Shown piece by piece: positions 58,033 to 64,000 of a stretch of 64,000 nucleotides of DNA. Under the pieces are notes generated by a model. The model was not told the DNA's origin. It ran no database searches and saw nothing but the letters and a program-made list of their open reading frames with translations. Position 1 is the first letter of the stretch. Every line of letters starts with the position of its first letter. This stretch comes from the human T2T-CHM13v2.0 reference genome, Homo sapiens. The translations under genes were made by a program, and so were the position numbers. The stretch lies in assembly GCF_009914755.1 (NCBI RefSeq), contig NC_060928.1; one strand, written 5' to 3'.

Positions 58033-60204
58033 AGAGAGGTTGTAAGAGTGAATGCGCAGAGCAGCTCCTGCCCCAACACAGGGAGCACTGAGACTGCCTC
58101 TAAATCCATGCAGCCTGAGAAGGCATAATGTTGGCATGAGGGGATCTCCAGAGCTTGCTTCTCCGTGCATCACAGGCTCCCCGGGAGGTTTAACAGTGAG
58201 ATTTTGCCACTCTCCAAAGTAATAGGCAGTAAATAAAGGAAAACATGTCAATGAGCAGGGAAAATCAATGAAGTAAACTGATCCAGTGTTGCTTCATTGA
58301 TTTCTCCCCTTTTTATCTGATCATTGAGTTTTGTTTGCTGGTCACCAGAGATCATTTTCTTCCTTTTCCTTTTATTTACCTGCTCTGCACTCCTGAGCTC
58401 TTCAACACTCTTTTGCTCCTAATTGTGATTGCCAATTTTACTTTCAACTGATCAGCTTATTGATCAGAGTAAGGAGCCAGCATTTCAAATGTTTAAAACT
58501 CTTCCCATGAATGGTTTTTCAGCTCCTAACAAAAGCTCCCAGATCTTCATCCCTTAACAGTATTTCAGAACTCAATGTTTGCTTGAAACCTTCCTCAGAG
58601 GTTGAAATTTTGTCTTTCTCTCAAATCACAATCACTAATGAAATTCTATTACAACACAGCTTGTTATTAAAAGAGTAGTTCCAATCCAATAAGCTTTTCT
58701 GTGTGATTTCTGAAATGTTTCAATAGGCAATCCCAAGCAAAGAGTTTGAGAATATGATTTGAATATATTATCTTTGAATATGATTTGAAAATAGCCATGT
58801 TATTAGAATAACTGTATAGTTTCTCATGATGACTACAGGAAAGAAAAATGCATGGGTGTCATATTTATTACATTAAAAAAATTAGGATTACTTCAATAAA
58901 TCTAAATTGCTGTGATTTGTCCCTGTGCAAAAAGTAATCACCTTTCAATTCTACTTCAAATATGATTTGAACTTCAATGTGATTCATTTTAGATTTTCAC
59001 ATAAAATAATAAATAGAAAATAACACATGGAAATACCTCATATCACATGATGTCTACTGTAGTGATACTTTCTTTCTTAAGACATCCCCTACAACTGAAT
59101 TAATTCGATTTAACATATTTGTACTCATTAAGTATTTTAATAAGAACTGCTTATTGCAGAGGCTATTTCTTCTCATTTACTTTTAGAAATGCTTTATCAT
59201 GGTTTATATGGAAGAAAAGAGAGTTTAAGAAAATATCTATTACATTTTTTCAATTCTCATTTTTCCCCCATCTTTTTATTTGTGTAAAAGTATATGTCAT
59301 GGGGGATAGCAAAGATAAAATGAGCGCTTCCTTCAAGATTACAACCCAAAGGTGATATTCTTACAGTTAAAGGAGACTTTATGTACTATTTTTAAAGTAA
59401 ACATCCATTCCTGAAGGCAATATTAATATTTATCATAGAATATACATTCTACAACTTTATCATCAATAATAAACATTTAGTTAATAATCCAGTTACAGAA
59501 CTAATGAGTAAAAAGATCATACTGCCATATGATAATTACCTAGTTATGATGTAAAATTTGATAATTTGAGACCATTAAAATGAAGTGGCTCTAAATTGAT
59601 ACTTACAACTGTTTTAGTACCACACCAATACACTTTCTAGTAAAATCATTATCATTGTAAAGTAGCTAACAAATTCTATTAACTTATAAACAGTGCCCCA
59701 TTTGCATCATTATTGTTCTTATTTGGACTTCTGTGATAACAAGAACTGATTTTACTTCTTATGACAAATAAACAAAGATTCAGTTGCTGGCAATTCAAGA
59801 CACTGGTTTGAAGCAAATGTTGAACATGGATTGTAGGAAAGAAGACAAGTTTTTTCAGGTTGGTGATCAGCAATCAGTTAAATCCATTCCCAAGAATCAA
59901 TTTTCTATTTAAACAGAATCTTGCAGATTATTAGGATTTTTGGATTTGGGCCTCCAAAGAACTTACCTAAAATATTGACATAATCATACCTGTTTTCTTT
60001 TCTTCTAAATATGAGTTTTATAATTTGTTTGTTTTAAATCTTTGTGTCACTGAATGGCAGTTTATTTACCACATGTAATTTCTGCTTGTTGAGGACAGGT
60101 GCTGAATTTTTAAACATTTTTGACTTTGATTCTAACTCAATGGGGAAAAAAGGTCTAGGTGTGAAAACACACTGTCTTTTTCTCATTCACCTGGATGTTG
60201 GAAC

Positions 60205-60330
60205 TATTCTGAGACTCTAATTCAGGTATCTTGAACCCCACAGAAACCATGCAAAATTTTGTGGGTACATATTTGCATTTATGTGAGGAGACAGTACTTT
60301 TAGTTTTCAACAAATTATTAAAGTATATAA
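60205..60330 (+). mobile_element. MER103C-like hAT-Charlie relic
   Basis: tgaacccc...atgcaaaattttgtg...gcattt..tgaggaga. Confidence 0.5.
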
Positions 60331-61160
60331 TTCCCGAGCAAGTAATTTTGAATATAGGAAAATCCAAGGGACAAGAAGGAAAATTATGAAAGCTATGATT
60401 ATTTCAGTGAAAAAGTAAACATGAATGACCAAGAATTGGGTCTATTCTTAGTGGGATAATCAATTGGTTATTGTGGAATATATGCCCCTGTCTGTTCCTG
60501 GGTTTTATAAATTCTCTTTATCTATATCAGTGAATCATCTCATTTGCAGCAGTTATTTCCTCTCCACGCTGCTCCTTCACATGAGTACCGCTGCTGTCTC
60601 TAACTCCGCATGGGTAAAGAGGAGAACCAAAGTGAAGCCACATCTCTGATGTGCATAAATTGATCGCTCCTAAGCAGTCCTCGCACATTTTTCTGCTGTA
60701 GTGCAGTTTTCATGTGCCAGCCAGCAGATTCATGTTTGAGTTGATTCAGCAAGACTGCTTGAGATGTGGCGTACAGAATCTCCACTCTATATAATAATGC
60801 CACATTCAGAATGACAGTGGTCTAAGCCTAAGGGCAGTAAATGCTTCTTGAGATACATTCAATTGCTGTTTGAGTTTAGCCTAAGGTACAAAGAAAAGTT
60901 GCTGATGCTTTCAGACATGTTTAAACATTTTAATATTGTCTTGGCATGTCAGCTTGAACTAGAGCACTCCTAGGTATAACACAGTGAAATCCTGTAATTA
61001 AAGGACCAGAATTTCTAAAGGTTTAGATAGTAGCTCTCTACTTGAACTTCTTAATTAAATGTGCTTATATCTCTGAAAATGTTCTGTTATAAGCATTGTA
61101 CTTGCAGTGATATTGGTCAGTCTATTATCCATGATGAGGAGATATAAAAGAAGTAGAATG

Positions 61161-61514
<354 letters not shown>

Positions 61515-61549
61515 TTAATTTATTGCACATAGCATAATATATCTATGAT

Positions 61550-62040
61550 CATTATTTCAGGGGCCTATTGCTTTGTCAATGAACTATTTCCTCAAAACAA
61601 ACAAACACACAAACATAACTTAGTGGCTTCAAACAACAAAGATCAATTACTTCTCACATTTCTGTGGATTGACTACATGGTTTTTCATGTTCTGCCTGGC
61701 TCACTCATATGACTGCATTCACCTGGAGAACTGACTAGGATAGACTTTGCTGGGTCAGCTGGGTCTCTGTCTCAAGTGGGGTTCCATCTGCAAAGAGGCT
61801 AGACCATGCTTTCTCTCAGGATGGTGATCCCAAAGTTCTAAAGGTGAATGCAAAGTTGTGACCTCTTAATAGCTGGGCTGAAAATAGCACAGTATCACTT
61901 CTGCCACATTCTGGTTGTCAACACTAGTCCAGCTTCAAGGGATGCAAAATCGACAGTAAGAGTAGTAATGTCACATTCCAAAGTGGGTATGTGTAGGGAG
62001 ACTGGAAGAATTTCATGTCCATGCATCATGAAATCTTCAT
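61550..62040 (-). mobile_element. MLT1F/G-like solo LTR (ERVL-MaLR)
   Basis: acttagtggcttcaaacaaca...tcacttctgccacattct. Confidence 0.75.
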
Positions 62041-62559
62041 AGCTCATGCTGAATGGCTGTTTTGTTTTATGATTTTTGATGTATGGTGCATTTTAGGTAT
62101 TTACCCTGTGTTTAGGTTGTCTTGTCCTGATTTTCAATTTCTCATTCTTAAAATAATGTATTGCTAATTTTGACCCATCTTTTAATGGAGCTGCTCCTCG
62201 TGCTGCCCATGCAAGCAAAGCAAGATAGCACGCTGGCAACCTAGTATCTTAGGGGCAAGTTTCAAGTGAAATCATTAATCGTGAGGTTGATCTGTGAGGT
62301 TGTAAAGATAACTCCAAATAATACATCATTTGCCCTTGAATTTTGAGCAACCATGACACGTGATGAATAAATCTTTGGCAAACTCCTAATAGAAAAGTAG
62401 TAGGAGGATGCCTAATGTGGAGTAACCAGGATCCAGTGGCCAGCGTATGTCTCTAGATAGATAGTAGCTCTGTGTATCACAGACTCTATCAGCATAAATC
62501 CATTAGCACTACTAGAAAACTAACTGAAAATAGGTACCCATTTGCTTGACAATTGGTAT

Positions 62560-62884
62560 TTATTCCATAATAAATTATCTGAAACCCTTGGAGCCAGATA
62601 CATTTCAAAATTTGGAATCCTTCATATGTTATAAGACGTTATATGTTATGCATGTGTCATATATTATTTTAAAAATCTAAAAGTCTAAGGCCATGCTTTT
62701 AATTAAACACATTATTTCTATAGTAAAACATATGAATATTCACACTAAGTGAGACAAAAAAGATGCAAATAGCCTTGCATTAATTCATATCAGGTTCGTT
62801 GTAAACTTATGAAGGGGGAACAAGATCCTTTTGTTTTCCTAAGATATTTTGAAGACTGAATTTGGATTAGGGATTGTGCACCTG
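62560..62884 (+). mobile_element. MER46C (Tigger-family DNA transposon relic)
   Basis: tatctgaaacccttggagccaga...tatgaatattcacactaagtg...agggattgtgcacctg. Confidence 0.75.
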
Positions 62885-62892
62885 AAGCAAGT

Positions 62893-63120
62893 AATATTTA
62901 TTGAGGGCTTACTGCATGTCAAAAATTATTATAGGTACTTTATATATATTAACACATTCAATTCTCACAGTAATTCTAAGAAATTAATACATTCTTAAAC
63001 ATTTATTACACAGATGAGGAAACTAAAATCAAGGAACTTGTCCACATTTATACAGCTGTGAAGTGACAAAGTTAGAATGTGAATCTAGATCACCTGGCTA
63101 CTGAGCCTGTTCTCTTAAAC
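62893..63120 (-). mobile_element. MIR SINE
   Basis: tatttattgagggcttact...acagatgaggaaactaa. Confidence 0.75.
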
Positions 63121-63199
63121 AATATCCTTTTTATTCCTGGAAGACTTCAGAGAGGAAAAAATCTCTACCTCCTTAAATCTCTCCAGGGGCTATGACCTA

Positions 63200-63410
63200 C
63201 TATTTACTGAACACCTACACGGCAGCCAGGACCATATTACGAGCTGTATAGACATTAACTCTTTTATCCCACAATAAATGGGGGAGTAGGTATTATTATC
63301 TCACATATAAGGAACTTGAAGCTCAGAAAAATTATGTCAGAAGTCACACAGCTTCTACGTGGTTGAGCCTGGAATCACACTGAGCAATACTGGGACTCTA
63401 AATCTCCTGC
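63200..63410 (-). mobile_element. MIR SINE
   Basis: tatttactgaacaccta...taggtattattatc...gaagtcacacagct. Confidence 0.7.
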
Positions 63411-64000
63411 TCTTTTTAAAAGTTCATTGCTCTTTGCAGGAAGGGCCCAGGAATGGTACAGATGATGCCACAGCAAGGATTGATTGATTAGCCAGTGTTC
63501 CTATACTCTTCTATTTTGGTTAAATCAAGTGATCCTGTAATAAATTAAAAAACTCTTTGGAAATCTTAATGGCCTTTTTGTGGCCAGAGTGACACTTACT
63601 TAGATAACTATAAATTTCTCCTCTTCCAGAAAGTGTTCCTACATTTAGAGGATCACAAACTGCTGGTCTGAGTCAGTGATTCCCGCCCTGACCGTGAACT
63701 GTGATGTGTTTGCCTGTCCAGTCTTCCTAAATTCCCCAAACCGGCAAAAGGCAGGGATATTTTAGTTATTTACGTGAAAAAGCCAAGTCCAACTCACTTG
63801 TGCATCTTTTGGATCTTGTCTCCTCACCTCCAATCTTTATTAACTATGATAATAATCATCCAAAAAAAAGTTTTGGTTAACCAGCATTTAATTATTTTTT
63901 TCTCAGCCCTATCATATAAAATAAAAGTAAACAATTTTCTAACAGGTATTTTAAAATAAAGCATTTATTTAATCATTTGAGTAAAAGATATTTTCATTTA

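Overview
AT-rich, repeat-rich primate (catarrhine, human-like) genomic DNA. I find no protein-coding gene, RNA gene, CpG island or CRISPR array that I can support. The window holds 17 Alus (J, S and Y), old L1, L2 and MIR fragments, nine solo LTRs (THE1B, MSTA with a nested LTR8, four MLT1s, MER50, LTR27/LTR28/MER52-type), DNA-transposon relics (MER47B, MER46C, MER103C) and microsatellites. None of the listed ORFs looks like a real CDS; the longer ones lie in repeats. Eight of the nine LTRs are on the - strand, and the single + strand LTR has lost its poly(A) signal, which suggests a long intron of a + strand transcript that I cannot name. The best leads are: a near-perfect 24-nt micro-exon or TATA-driven first exon at 33371-33394 beside an ETS/NF-Y/octamer cluster; a recursive-splice-like YAG|GTAAGT site at 29980 bracketed by inverted Alus; and a pre-miRNA-sized 27-bp-stem hairpin formed by local inverted duplication inside an MLT1D LTR (57893-57959). 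None of these demonstrates a novel system. Repeat subfamily names come from recalled consensus sequences and need RepeatMasker/Dfam confirmation. Boundaries of old repeats are approximate.
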